Shown here piece after piece: positions 1 to 13,375 of a stretch of 64,000 nucleotides of DNA. Location: NCBI GenBank assembly GCA_951406725.2, contig OX597815.1:151280001-151344000 (forward strand), read 5' to 3'. The notes below the pieces were generated by a model. It searched no databases. It saw nothing but the letters and a program-made list of their open reading frames with translations, and had not been told where the DNA came from. Source of the stretch: Octopus vulgaris. Taxonomy: Eukaryota. Each line of letters begins with the position of its first letter. The first letter of the stretch is position 1. The translations under genes were made by a program, and so were the position numbers.

Positions 1-19
1 GCACGCGCGCATGCAGAGG

Positions 20-355
20 GAGATCAAATGATAATCAACATGAACGTGATACTGTTATCAAGGATGATGTGGGAAGGAAATGCCTCTCAAATGACATATC
101 AGTCTCATAAGATAGCATATCTTTCAATGAAATGAAGAAATACTCCAAATATAAAGATGTGGAAACAGAGATAAGCCGAATGTGGAGGCTGAAAGCGAAA
201 AACAATTTCTATAATAAAAATAATAATAATGTTCTGGGAATGATTAAAAACCATGTATTTGAATATATAGGCAAGGACTTAATACATACAACATACAGAG
301 AATAATAGCACAGCTAGTCAGTGCACACATCTTGCACAGTGTACTCAATACAATA
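20..355 (+). mobile_element. Old degenerate 3' fragment of an R4/Dong-type (RLE) non-LTR retrotransposon
   Basis: Hand translation gives remnants KYSKYKDVETEISRMWRLK...VLGMIK...AHILHSVL, homologous to the better-preserved copy at 2170-2716. Confidence 0.6.
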
Positions 356-420
356 GAAACATCAAAACCAACACAACTACATCTACCCAAAGCACAAATT
401 ATTATTACAAAACATTACAC

Positions 421-586
421 ATAGGTGCAAGAGTGGCCATGTGGTAAGAACCTTGTTTACCAACCACATGGTTCCAGGTTCAGTCCCATTGCATGCCACA
501 TTGGGAAAGTGTCTTTTATTAAAGCCTCAAGCTGACCAAAGCCTTGTGAGTGGATTTGGTAGACAGAAACAGAAAGAAGCCTGCCA

Positions 587-621
<35 letters not shown>

Positions 622-845
622 GCGTGTGTGTGCGTGTATTTGTATGTCTGTGTTTGTCCCCCAACCATCGCTTGACACCAATGTTTGTATGTTTACCTCA
701 CTGTAACTTAGTGGTTCAGCCTAAGAGACAGATATAATAAGTACTAGGCTTACAAAGAATAAGTCCTAGGATTGATATGTTCAACTAACGACAGTGCTCC
801 AGCATGGCCGCAGTCAAAAGACAAACAAGAAAAACAATAAAAGAA
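421..845 (+). mobile_element. tRNA-derived SINE (family A)
   Basis: Head aggtgcaagagtggccatgtggtaagaa...ggttcagtccc with A/B-box-like motifs, internal microsatellite and tail gtgctccagcatggccgcagtcaaa. At least 9 copies in the window. Confidence 0.8.
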
Positions 846-2169
846 AATACTTAAAGAACACATTATCTCATACAAAGCTTCTGTTGATAATAATAATAAT
901 AATGATGATGTCTAATTTAGGCAGAAGGCCAACAATTTTAAGTGGAAGGGGTTAGTCGATACTATCAACCCCAATATATGACCAGTACTTTATTACCATC
1001 ATTATTGTCGTTTAATATCCGCTTTCCATGCTGGCATGGGTTGGATGGTTTGACTGAGAGCTGGCAAGCCAGGAGGCTGCACCAGGCTCCAATCCAGTCT
1101 AGCAATGTTTCTACAGCTGGATGCACTTCCTAACACCAACCACTCCAAGAGTGTAATGGGTGCTTTTTATGTGCCACCAGCATGAAGGCCAGTCAGCCGG
1201 CGCTGGCATCGACCATGCTTGAATGGTACTTTTTACATGTCACCAGCTCATGGTTCAGTCAGACAGTACTGTTAACGGCCTTATCAATCCTGAAAATATG
1301 AAAGGCAAAGTAGGCTGACAGGATTTGACCTCAGAATGTGAAGAGCTGGAAGAAAAGCTACAAGACATTTTTTCTCAAGCTCTGACAATTCTGCCAGCTT
1401 TTATGTCTTTATAAGAAAATCAATAGTTTCTAATTTAGACAAAATGCCAGCAATTTTTAAATCAAAGAGAAGTCAATTGTATCAACTCTAGTGCTTCACT
1501 AGTACTATTTGGGTTTTTTTGACCCCAGAGAGATGGAAGATAAAGTAGAGCTTGGTGGGATTTGAACTCGGAATGTAGGGCTAGAACTAAAGGCATTGTG
1601 CTTAACACTTCTTTCAAATACAGACATAACGACTGAAATGTTGGGGAAATGTGGGTAGTTGATATCAACACCAGTACTTGACTGGTACTTTGATTTAGCC
1701 AGTCACATATTAATAATAATAATCCTTTCTACTATAGGCACAAGACCTGAAATATTGGGGGATGGGGTTAAGTCGATTACATCAATCACAGTGTTTCACT
1801 GGTAATATACTGACCCCAAAGAGATGAAAGGCAAAGTTGACCTCGGCTGAATTAGAACTCAGATTGTGCAGACAGACGAAATGCTGCTAAGCATTTTACC
1901 CAGCATGCAAATGATTCTGCCAGCTTGCTGCTTTAATAATAACAATAATTATTATTATTATTATTATAATTTCAAATTTTTGCCACAAGGGCAGCTTGGA
2001 GAAAGTGTGGATGAGTCAATTCCATCAACCCCAATGTTCAACTGGTACTGAAAGGTAAAGTTGACCTCAGCAGAATTTGAACTCAGAATGTAGCAACGGC
2101 TGAAATACCACTAAGCATTTTGTCCAGTGTGCTAATGATTTTTCTAGCACACAGCTTTAGTAATAATAA

Positions 2170-2716
2170 AGCTATATTAACACTATGGAATAACAACAGA
2201 AAAAAAGATGGTATAGGCACACACCAGAAAAGGTCACAGAAAACGAGAAAGCAGCCATACTCTGGGATATGCCAATACATACAGAGAAATTAAGGCCAAT
2301 AGGCCAGATATAGTTGTCAGAGATCATGAAGGAAAAAAAAAGCTTTCTAATTGATGTATCAATACCAGCAGATGACATTTCTCTGAAAGAAATGGAGAAA
2401 CTTTCAAAATACAAAGACCTGGAAATAGAGGTAACTCTAATGTGGAATCTAAAAACAGAAACATTTCCTATCATAGTAGGTGCATTAGGCATGATAAAAA
2501 GATATTCAGACAAATACATAACAAAAACACCAGGACTTACAAATATATATAACATACAGAAAATAGCACTACTGGGCACTGCACACATCCTATGCAAAAC
2601 ACTTTCAATACAGTAACCATAAGAGCATCACAGCAAACCACAGCACATACCCAAGGCACACAGAGCTGTGTTCAGTAATGAAGTGAAAGCACACTATAAA
2701 AATAAAACTACTGAAT
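2170..2716 (+). mobile_element. 5'-truncated R4/Dong-clade LINE, restriction-like endonuclease (PD-(D/E)xK) domain
   Basis: ILWDMPIHT..IKANRPDIVVRD / FLIDVSIP..EKLSKYKDLEIEV..FPIIVGALG..IQKIALLGTAHIL (ORF 2314-2616). Flanked by (TAA)n on both sides. Confidence 0.85.
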
Positions 2717-5429
2717 AATAATAATAATAGTATTTTCTGGTGCAAGGCCACACATTTGAAGGAAACGGAGGAGTGTGTATTGAAATGTATCAGCTCAGTA
2801 TTATAACATTGTGTTACAGAACTCAAAGGGGAGAAAAATAAAGTTGTTCCTATCCTTGCTACTTGAATAGTACTTTTGTTAACCCAGGAAGGATGAGAGA
2901 CAAAAATCTACTTTGAGAGAGATTTGAACCAGAACACAATGGGATTTGACTAAGCACCATAAGGTAACATGTTGGGTGATTTATCAATCCAGCTGTCTAC
3001 TCAATCCTCCTCCCCATCTTGACCGTTCTGTGCTTGCATGGGTCAGACAGCATTTGTTGCGGTAGATTTCCAGTGGTCTCATGACCTCCGGTTGTCAACA
3101 CTCACCTGTTTCCAAGCAAGATAATATTTCATATGACCAGACTTTTTCTTTTTTTACTGCAAACTGGAAATGAATAACAGCTTGTTTGACAGTGATTCTA
3201 GTTTACAAGCCTCATGTGATACCAAAATAAGGGCACAAACACATATATCATCATTTAACATCTGTCTTCCCTGCTGGCATGGACTGGATGGTTTGACAGG
3301 TGCTGTCTCTTTTTTTTGCAATGGTTTCTACGGCAGGATGCTCTTCCTAACGCCAACCACTTAACAGAGTGGACTAGCTGCTTTTACATGGCACAACAGG
3401 TTTCTTTCAGTTTCCGTCTACCAAATCCACTAACAATGCTTTGATTGATCCTCGGCTATAGAAGACACTTGCCCAGTGGGACTGAACCCGAGACTATATG
3501 GTTGGGAAACACACAGCAACGTCTGCACATAAAAATATCAAAGAAGACCTGCAGACATGAATGTAATTCTATATATATATATATATATATATATACCGCG
3601 TGTGTATATGTGAGAGGGTGGGGGGAAATACGTTTCATCCGTGCTAACGGGTGTGGTTTGGAAGGCAGTTTCGTTCGTTCCACTCTCTAGGAACAAACTG
3701 TATTTCTTTATAAATGTCATACTTCAAACCTGAAATTCTTGGCAAACGCTCAACTTCTTAATGTTTCTCACAAATAAGGAATGCCAAGCTAATTAATATT
3801 CGGTGGAGGTGCGAAAAATAATTGCAGTGACGCTCTTGTTTCTGAATGAATAAATAAATCGATAAACGATAACAAAGTCGTTCTTGTTAAAATATAATTA
3901 CATGACAAAATAAAGTCACAGCATTCGCTTTTCAATTCCAACTTGGATAAGCTGTAGACAGTGAGGAGTCGCATCGTGGTTGTGCGAGTTGCTAAAAAGA
4001 GCAGCTACATCTCCTTTGGGTATTTCTAAAGATATTGAACAATGTACTACAAGATATATATATAAAAAGGTTAAACAACAGAATTCCACGAAAAACAGGA
4101 CAAATCGGTTGAAATTCAGGAGACATTATTATCAAGGGGGAAATCCCTGAGAGATAATTTATCTACAAATATGCGTGAAGTGGAAGTTGTTTATGAAGCA
4201 TAAATATAAGATATATAAGTAGTGGTGTTAAGAGACGAGATAGTCGAAGAATGGCCGGCAGTTTAAAGAATCTAAAAACCTGGAGGAAAAGTTGGATATA
4301 ACTATTTATTGTTTGTTGTCGTTATTGTCCAACGATGATATACACAAATATGAGATATACTACTACTGCTAATAATAATAATACTTACAAGGAAAAGAAT
4401 TATGACGTGCAAAGACGAAATTAAGAATTAAAAAAGAAATATTTGAAGGAATGGTAATTATAATTATAATACTAGGTTACAGTGGTAGTTAAAGCCATCA
4501 CAAACAAGAAACAAAATACCAGAACGTACCAGTCATGTATTTGCATCAACAAGCCGATATCAACAAACGTCATTATCCAGCAGCCATTGTTGTATATAAA
4601 TTGTGGAATGTGGTGAAAACGAAATTGGAATATTTTATAGTTACAATTTCACTAAAATATCGTATGAAAATGAAAATTCGACAAAAAGAAAAGAGAAAAG
4701 AATTCAGGTGTTAGTTTATTTATTGCTAAACTTAATTTAATGTTTAATAAATAAAAACAATAAATAACGTCAAATCAAAGTATTTAACTAGGAAAGTATC
4801 TTATTATTTTTAAATTACAACGTTCGTTACAAATTCACCGAAACGAATAAATATAATGAATGTAATATATTTTTGTTTTTAACTTTTCTTTAAAACTAGG
4901 GTTAAACAGTGGACGTCGCTTCTCAGGATTTTCTTACATTACCTAGGTCGAAGCTGATAATGTTGAGTTTGAAATTCTTTAAAAAGGTACGACTCAATTC
5001 AGCGGTTAAGAATTCTGTTTTGCAACCAGATGGTTCCAAGTTCGATGCCAATGTGCGACACCTAGGGCAAGTGTTTGCTCCCACAAACTCGTGTTGTTCC
5101 ACTCTTTTGAGTGAGTGGAAACCAGACTTATGTGTGTCTGTGTGTATTACTGAATGACAGGGAACAAGAATTACGCAATCGCCTTCCGCTGTTTCTGCAA
5201 TGAGAAGCAATGCACTTAGAGCTAAGTGCTCGTGCGACATCTTGTAGCTTTTTCAGAGCCATTAAAACGAAGTGTATGTTTATTTCAGAATGCATTTACA
5301 TTGCAATTCAATTAATTTATATCATGCTCAGTATTCACCTACTCTAATCTATTCCATAGAATATGTATATTCAGTTCTAATAACTGGTTATTAGTATTGC
5401 TATGTCAAAGGAAAATCATATATATATAT

Positions 5430-5630
5430 ATTAGCACACCGGGCGAAATGCTTAGTGGTATTTCGTCTTCTGCTACATTCTGAGTTCAAATTCCGCCGAG
5501 GTCAACTTTGCCTTTCATCCTTTCGGGAAAGATTAAATAAGTACCAGTTACGCACTGGGTCGATATAATCGACTTAATCCGTTTGTCTGTCCCCTCTGTG
5601 TGTAGCCCCTTGCGGGCAGTAAAGAAATAA
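5430..5630 (+). mobile_element. SINE family B (Meta/MESC-like central domain)
   Basis: gcctttcatcctttcggg..ataagtaccag core. Further copies at about 6330-6545, 8445-8640(-), 12115-12325, 36370-36590 and many on the minus strand. Confidence 0.7.
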
Positions 5631-5684
5631 GAAACGTTAGCACACCAGGCGAAATGCTTAGCATTATTTTGTATATATTATATA

Positions 5685-5715
<31 letters not shown>

Positions 5716-5894
5716 CAATGAGCAAAATATGTGAACCCTGACAAGAAAAATAGAAGCAGTGCTTTACAAACAATATTCTTTGCAATATTTTTTCACATTG
5801 AATTACATTTACACTTTTGTTACTATAATGATCAGAAATGCAGTGAAAGAGTTGCTAACTTAAAACTAATGATGTTAGTGTTCACCAATACAAC

Positions 5895-6006
<112 letters not shown>

Positions 6007-6213
6007 AAAGCAAATAAGTAACAAGGATATCTAGGCATCATTGCATTACAGCTGTTTCAAGCAGCTCCATTTAAGCGATCAATGGTCATACGTGTCCAAG
6101 GAAAGCAGTTTATTTCAAATTGATGTAATGTTTTCATTGATCGATTAAATGGAGCCGCTTGAAACTGCCGTAATGCATTGATATCTGGACATCCTTGTTA
6201 CTTATTTGCTTTT
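6007..6213. repeat. Inverted repeat with ~80-bp arms, probable Penelope-like pseudo-LTR remnant
   Basis: aaagcaaataagtaacaaggat...tcaatg pairs with cattga...atccttgttacttatttgcttt. The arms carry the gaaacagctgta-type 3' half of a hammerhead motif. Confidence 0.7.
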
Positions 6214-7108
6214 TATTCAGGGCTGTGTGGACAATACCGGACTGACTTGATGCCTTAACTTAAATACCTAATTCAACTGAATCTGAATTATTTCGTGTGT
6301 GTGGACAGGTTGGTGTTAGGAAGAGCATTCAAAGGCGATGAACTGGTAGAATTGTTAGCATGCCGGATGAAATGCTTAGCGATATTTCGTCTACATTCTG
6401 AGTTCAAATTCTGCCAAGGTTAACTTTGTCTTTCATCCTTTCAGGGCTGATAAATAAAGTACCAGTTGCGCACTACGGTCGATCTAATCAACTGGCCCCC
6501 CCTCCCCAAAAAGTTCGAGTCCTCTGCCTTGAGTAGAAAAGATTAGGAAAAGCATCTAGCCATAGAAATCAAGTCAAAACAGACTATAGAACGTGGTTCA
6601 GCCTTTCAACTTGCCAGTTTCTGTCAAGCTGTCCACAAATGCTTTTTATGTGACACCTTGATTTCAGGATCTCAATTTTGTTGTGGTGGGCAGGTTTTCT
6701 TGAGTACAACAACACACCACATATATTTGGTCCAGTCTTCTCTTTTGAAAGGTTCAGTGTTTTGAGATTCATCATCATCATCATCGTTTAACATCCGTTT
6801 TCCATGCTGGCATGAGTTGGACGGTTTGACTGAGGACTGGCAAGCCAAAAAGCTGCACCAGGCTCCAATCTGATCTGGCAAAGTTTCTACAGCTAGATAC
6901 CCTTCCTAACACCAACCATTCTGAGAATGTAGTGGGTGTTTTTTACGTGACACCAGCACAGGAGCCAGTCAGGCAGACCTGGCATCAACCACATTCGAAT
7001 GATGCTTTTTACATGCCACCAGCATGGGAGCCAGTCATAGGATTGTGGTATATTTATAGATGTTACATTACTTGGGTTTTGTAGGGTGCACAAATTCTGG
7101 ATATTAAA

Positions 7109-7326
7109 CCCTTTTGCTACCAACCCAGCTGAAACCAGCTCTGGCTCTGAGTACAAATGTCTTGTTTTCATAAGTTTTGGATTAAAATCTTTCACCAAAC
7201 CTTAGTTACAATTTATGTTCCTAACACTAGCTGAATGATAACTAAGTTATTTTACTAAATTCTTTGTTATATTTGAAGTAATTGAAAGAAACAGAGCATC
7301 TCAAAACGAATGCAGTAACAAAAGGG
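7109..7326. mobile_element. piggyBac-like MITE
   Basis: Termini ccctttt...aaaaggg with TTAA-type flanks. Near-identical copy at 37847-38068. Confidence 0.75.
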
Positions 7327-7689
7327 TTAACACTATTAGTGAATGCAGATGTTGAGTACAAGGATTCCTTCAGACACTACATGTTCTAGGTGTAGGTTAA
7401 TGATTCTGTATACAGACTTTTTGAGTTTTTGAATTTTACTGTGGGTTTTGGGTGTTCAAAAAAAAAAAAATTATCAAAATCATAGCCAAGATAGTGGGCA
7501 GGTATTTTTATATTCATGTTACTGTCTTCTTTGTGTAGTTCTTGGAGACTGATTTTCAAGAAATGTCTGACAAGGATATTTCTTTGGTGTTGCAGTGTGG
7601 CTAGGTTATTTGAGGCTTATAATTTTGAGGTTTATAATGACAAAGAGAGAGGTGGTGTGACAGCTGCTGATGATACTGTTGCTCTAATC

Positions 7690-8440
7690 AGATGGCTGTA
7701 CCAGGCTCCAATCTGATCTGGCAGAGTTTCTACAGCTGGATGCCTTTCCTAATGCCAACCACTCCGAGAGTGTAGTGGATGCTTTTACGTGCCACTGGCA
7801 TGAGGGCCAGTACTGGCAACAGTCCATGCTCAAATGGTGCTTTTTATGTGCCACCTGCACAGGAGCTAGTCCAGCGCACTAGCAACAACCTCGCTTGAAT
7901 GTTTTTTCATGTGCCACTAGCACAAGTGCCAGTAATGCAACGCAAGTAACGATCATGCTCGAATGGTGCTTGTTCTGGCAACGATCACGCTCAGATGGTG
8001 CTCTCAGCGCTCCACTAGCACGGATGCCAGTCATCGAATTTGATTTTGATTTCAATTTCACTTGCCTCAACAGATCTTCGCAAACAGAGTTTAGAGTCCA
8101 ATGAAGGAAAGGTACACATAAGTGGGCTGGTTACACCCCTGGCATAGGCCACAAGGTTATGGTCTCACTTGGCTTGCCGAGTCTACTCAAGCACAGCATA
8201 TTTCCAAAGGTCCCAGTCACTAGTCATTGCCTCGGTGAGGCCCAATTTTCGAAGGTCATGCTTCACCACCTCATCCCAAGTCTTTCTGGGTTTACCTCTT
8301 CCACAGGTTCCCTCAACCGCTAGGGTGTGGCACTTTTTCACACAGCTATTCACATCCATTCTCACCATATGGCCATACCAGCGCAGTTGTCTCTCTTGCA
8401 CACAACATCTGATGCTTCTTAGGTCCAACTTTTCTCTCAA
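7690..8440 (-). mobile_element. 5'-truncated RTE-clade LINE (ORF C-terminus plus 3' UTR)
   Basis: ORF 8183-8440 RQLRWYGHMVRM..GRGKPRKTWDEVVKHDL is the typical RTE C-terminus. It is followed by a 3' UTR with internal repeats. Confidence 0.9.
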
Positions 8441-10156
8441 GGTAAGGCCAGCAATTTCGAGAATGGTGGGTTAGTCAATTACATCGACCTCAGTATGCAA
8501 CTGGTACTTATTTTATCAACCCCAAAAGGATGAAAGGCAAAATCGATATCAGCAATTTGAACTCGGAACGTAAAGACAGATGAAATACTAATAAGCAGTT
8601 TGCCCCGTGTGCTAATGATTCTGCCAACTCACCTACCTTATATTCTTTTACTTGTTTCAGTCATTTCAGCGCTGCCATGCTGGAGCACTGCCTTTAGTTG
8701 AACAAATCGACCCCAGGACTTATTCTTTGCAAGCCTAGTACTTATTCTATTGGTGTCTTTCACCAAACCACTAAGTTACGGGGATGTAAACACACCAGCA
8801 TCAGTTGTCAAGCTATGTTGGGGGGACAAACACAAACACATATAAATAAATATAAATATATATATATATGATCAACCGCTAGCCACTAAAGCTTTTTTAA
8901 TTCTGTTTATTTTCTCATATTCCTTTCTGTTGAAGAGCATAGGCTCGAAACATAAGACTTTCTCATCTTCCCGAGCATTAAACTAATACACCTGTTTGTT
9001 GTTTACACACCCGTCTTCGTCTTTTGCTGGGTTTTTTTTAAAAATTCCAACTATATATATATGACGGCCTTCTTTCAGTTTCCGTCTACCAAATCTGCTA
9101 ACAAGGCTTTGGTCGGCTCGAGGCTATAGTAGAGGACATTTGCAACAAGGTGTCACGCAGTGGGACTGAACCCAGAACCATGTGGTTGGTAAGCAGGCTA
9201 CTTACCACACACCCACTCCTGCGCCTATGTATCCTATCGTGTGATGACTGCTTAAGCCCCAGGTCAACCTTGATCATCTAAATCTCAGGCTTCTCTAAGT
9301 CTATTTACATCCAGGTTACTTTATAAGAACATGAAACCGACAGCAGTATCTGACAGGTACTTTTATTTTATCGACTCTAGAAAGAGGAAAAGTGATGTTG
9401 ATTTCATCACGACTTAATGGTGAAAGGCATTCCAGCCTTAGCCATCGCGTCTTTCCTTAAACACGCTGTTATTTAAGACCTATGTTACCCAATGTTACAC
9501 ATTCATATCTATGTGTATACGTGTGTAGAATACATTAGATACCTTTGATGTTGTTTTTTATAGTAAAATCACTATAAATATTTAGAACTCTCTATTTCTT
9601 GTGGTTCTTTCTAAACAAATAGTGCCAAGGTGGGGATGTATTCTACACACGTATACACATAGATATGAATGTGTAACACCCAACGTGTCTTTTTTTTTTT
9701 CTTTTCTTTTTTCTATTAAAGACAATACGGTGTACAAATGGCCGCGTTGAAGCTAACCGTGGTAGATTAGTTTGTAAAGATGTGTGTTGTATGTGTGTGT
9801 AAGAGACAGAGAAAGGGGGATTGCTATAAAGGAAAACAAAATAGTGACAAGCAGAAAATGAATATATTAAAACGGTTGGATAGTTAAATGTGTCATCATT
9901 CGAAGTAATAATAAAATATGAAAACGAAAAATAACAGAAGGTTGACAAAAGATTGCTTTTGTATGAGACATAATAGAGATTTCTCAAAGGGACGTAACTC
10001 TAAATTTACACGTTATATGAGCGGTTCTTAACAATATAACCACAGCTGATTAAATTATTGATGTTGGTGTTTAACCCAAGGCCAGACCGGATTGAGTCGA
10101 CTCATTCGTTAAACTTACTTTAGACATAATCTACCCGCCTCCCCCACCATACAGTG

Positions 10157-10510
10157 CAGGCGTGGCTGTGTGGTAAGAACCTTGCTTCCCAACCACATGG
10201 TTCCAGGTTCAGTCCCACTGCGTGGCACCTTGGGTAAGTGCCTTCTACTATAGCCACGAGCCGACCAAAGCTTTGTGAGTGGATTTGGTAGACGGAAACT
10301 GAAAGAAGCCCGCCGAGTATATATGTGTGTGTGTTTCCCCACTACCGCTTGAGAACTGATGTTGGTGTGTTTACGTCCCTGAAACTTAGCAGTTCAACAA
10401 AAAAGACCGATAGAAAAGTACTAGGCTTACAAAGAATAACCCCTGAGATCGATTTGTTCGACTAAAGGCGGTGCTCCAGCATGGCCGCAGTCAAATGACT
10501 GCAGCGTGTA
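10157..10510 (+). mobile_element. tRNA-derived SINE (family A)
   Basis: Same head, body and tail as 421-845. Confidence 0.8.
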
Positions 10511-11149
10511 AAACTGAGTGCATCTAGGACTGCGTGATCCAATATATCCTTCCCGCTTATTTTTATTTTAATTTATTATTTTTTATTTTTTTTTGTTAAA
10601 GACGGTGAAGGTGCTTTTTGTGGGAGATTTAACTGTTATTTCTAACAGTTCGCAGGGGCTCCAAATATTTCTACAAGCAGATGTAGTTTATTGTAACTGC
10701 TTTACAGCTTTGAAATATCTTAAGTTATTGTTATTTAACTCCTGGCATGACTATGTGGTCAAAGAAGCTTGCTTTGCAATTCTGTGGCTCTGGGTTCTAT
10801 CTCACTGCAAAGCTACCTTGAGCAAGTATCTATGACTATTGTCTCAATTTGACCAATATCATGCAAGTGGACTTTGGTAGACGGAAAGTGTACTGAAGCC
10901 TTTGTGTATGTGTAACTAGTAGGCACTTGATTCCCTCCCCTTTAAATGGTGAATGCAATAATTCAGGTGGTAGGAAGGAATGTTAGAAGGATATATTGTG
11001 GGGAAGAGATTTGACAAGGACCCAGAGTGCAGATGAGTTTGCAAGGGAACTTGGGAGATATAGGGGTAGGGGAATATAGCGAGTGTGAGGAGGTATTGGA
11101 AAGGTAGGATATAGGGGACAGGTTCGTCAAAGACAGATTGTGTGTGGGA

Positions 11150-11900
11150 GCATGGGCACAAAGGACACACCCTATTGACCTCGTTGCTACTTAGATGGAC
11201 AGGTCTCCTCAAGCACAGCAAATCATCAGCTGTCTTGGGCTTTTGCCATCATTTTTCATCACTTTGTCCTGTGTCTTCTTTCCACAGGTTCTCTCCACAT
11301 TTAGAGATTGGTACTTGTTTATGCAGCTATCATCCATACATGCCACATGACCATACCAGCACAGTCTTTCCGCCTGCACACCACATCTGATGCCTCTTGC
11401 AATTTGTCTTACATACACACTGACTTCATTTCTTTCAAGCCATTGCATAGCCTCTGCAGTCACAGCCCATGTTTCACTATCACATACCATAGCTGTTCTT
11501 ACACAGGCATCATACAATCTGCCTTTCACTCTGAGGGACAGGTCCTTTGTTTCCAACAAAAGTAATAGCTCTCTGAATTTTGCCCAGCCAGTTATTATTC
11601 TCATGACTATGCTTTCAGAGCATCCTCCTAAACTGCTAATTTGGTCACCTAGGTAACAGAAACTATCTACTACCTCTACAGATCCCCACCCCCAGGACAT
11701 TTGAGAAAATCTATTTCCTATGTTCTTAGTATATATTGTTCCTGCACATCTTCCACACATTAAAACTTTCTCTATTAACCTTTCTGTGATTCCACTGTGC
11801 TTCTTACATGTTCATAGCTTGCACGAGGTACACTGTATGGAATTTCTAACTACATATCAAACAGAGACATTTTTCTGAAGGGGTCAGTAATTTGGAAGTC
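11150..11900 (-). mobile_element. Degenerate RTE LINE fragment
   Basis: ORF 11209-11760: VDSFCYLGDQIS..WAKFRELL..KGRLYDACVRTAM..SETW..RLCWYGHV. Confidence 0.85.
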
Positions 11901-13039
11901 AAACAAAATGCTTTCTGATATTGCATTTGACACATTACATTATTCGTTTGTTTAATGTCTGCTTTCCATGCTAGCATGGGTTGGATGATTTGACTGAGGA
12001 CTGGTGAACCAGATGGCTGCACCAGGCTCTAATCCGATCTGGCAGGGTTTCTACAGCTGGATGCCCTTCCTAATGCCAACCACTCCGAGAGTGTATATTA
12101 TTACAATTATTATTAAGGTGGTGAGCTGGCAGAATTGTTAGCATGCTGGATGAAATGCTTAGATGTATTTTGCCCATCACTATATTCTGAGTTCAAACTC
12201 TGCCAGGGTCAACTTTGCCTTTCATCCTTTCAGAGTTAATAAATTAAGTACCAGTGAAACACTAGGGTTGATGTAATCAACTAACCCTCTCCCCCAAATT
12301 TCAGGCCTTGTGCCTTTAGTAGATATTATCATCATCATAATTAACACAACCATGTATTTTTGGATTTTCTAATACACATTCCTAGCAGTAACATATGTTA
12401 ATTACTTTAACTGCTGATAAGTCAACTCAAAGAAGTACATTATAAGCTATAGAGTACGAAGTACAATGACACAAATGGCAATAATGAAACCAGACACAGC
12501 AATAATACAGAGTGGATTTTCCTTTGTAAGGAAACAAAATATTTGAATTTATCTTCATATGCTCCACTTAATGTACTTTTGAAGTAATAACAAAATTTCT
12601 AATTAGCACAGAACCTCACACTTCTTCTCAAACCAACCTTTGGTAGACTTACATTAACTAATATATGCCACTTGAAGACAAATAATGAAAGCTTATAAGT
12701 CATTATGTAGCAGTTATGTTGCTGTATAGTTGTTGAATAACTAAACAATCACTTTAAAGTGTATCTAGTCTTGCTTACCAGTGGTTTAAAAAAAACACAG
12801 TATGCTAACTGTAAACCATGTTATGCTTATCACGAACTGATGTATGATAACATGGGTCAGTGATCACTCAAAGATTCTGCTTGTACTGCAAAAGTGCACC
12901 CCTAATAACCATCTATGATGCTTAGGACAACTTGGGGTTTCAGAACAAAACCTATTTCTCCCATATAATCTATTATTCATTTATCACTGATTTATTTAAG
13001 TGATTTTTCAGGGTTTTTTTTAAAACCAAATACCTATGG

Positions 13040-13375
13040 TAAATGAAGATGACCTAGCACTCCATCAGTTGAGATAACGAGCATTCCAGTGGGTTAGTCA
13101 ATGGAAAAGCCTGCTAAGGAAATTCATGTTCATGTGGCCAAGCACTCCACAGACACATGTACTCTTAATGTAGTCCTCAGGGAGATTCAGAGTGATATGG
13201 AAAGTGATAAGGCTGGCCCCCTTTGAATTACAGGTACAACTCACGTTTGCCAGCTGAAACAAACTGGCACAACAAGAAATAAAGTGCCTTGATCAAGGAA
13301 ACAACAACATGCCGCCAGGAACTGAACTCACAACCTTACAATTGTGAGCCAAATACCTTAACCATTAAGCCATGA
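13040..13375 (-). mobile_element. tRNA-derived SINE (third family)
   Basis: Minus-strand head catggcttaatggttaagg...gagttcagttcc. Shares its tail with the copy at about 19999-20380. Confidence 0.6.

Noticed and set aside
4910-5247. Possible two-exon peptide ending in a CaaX-like CDIL* (4910-4986 joined to 5161-5247)
   Set aside because: Weak acceptors, no start exon, no recognisable homology, and the paralogous block does not conserve it. Probably chance.
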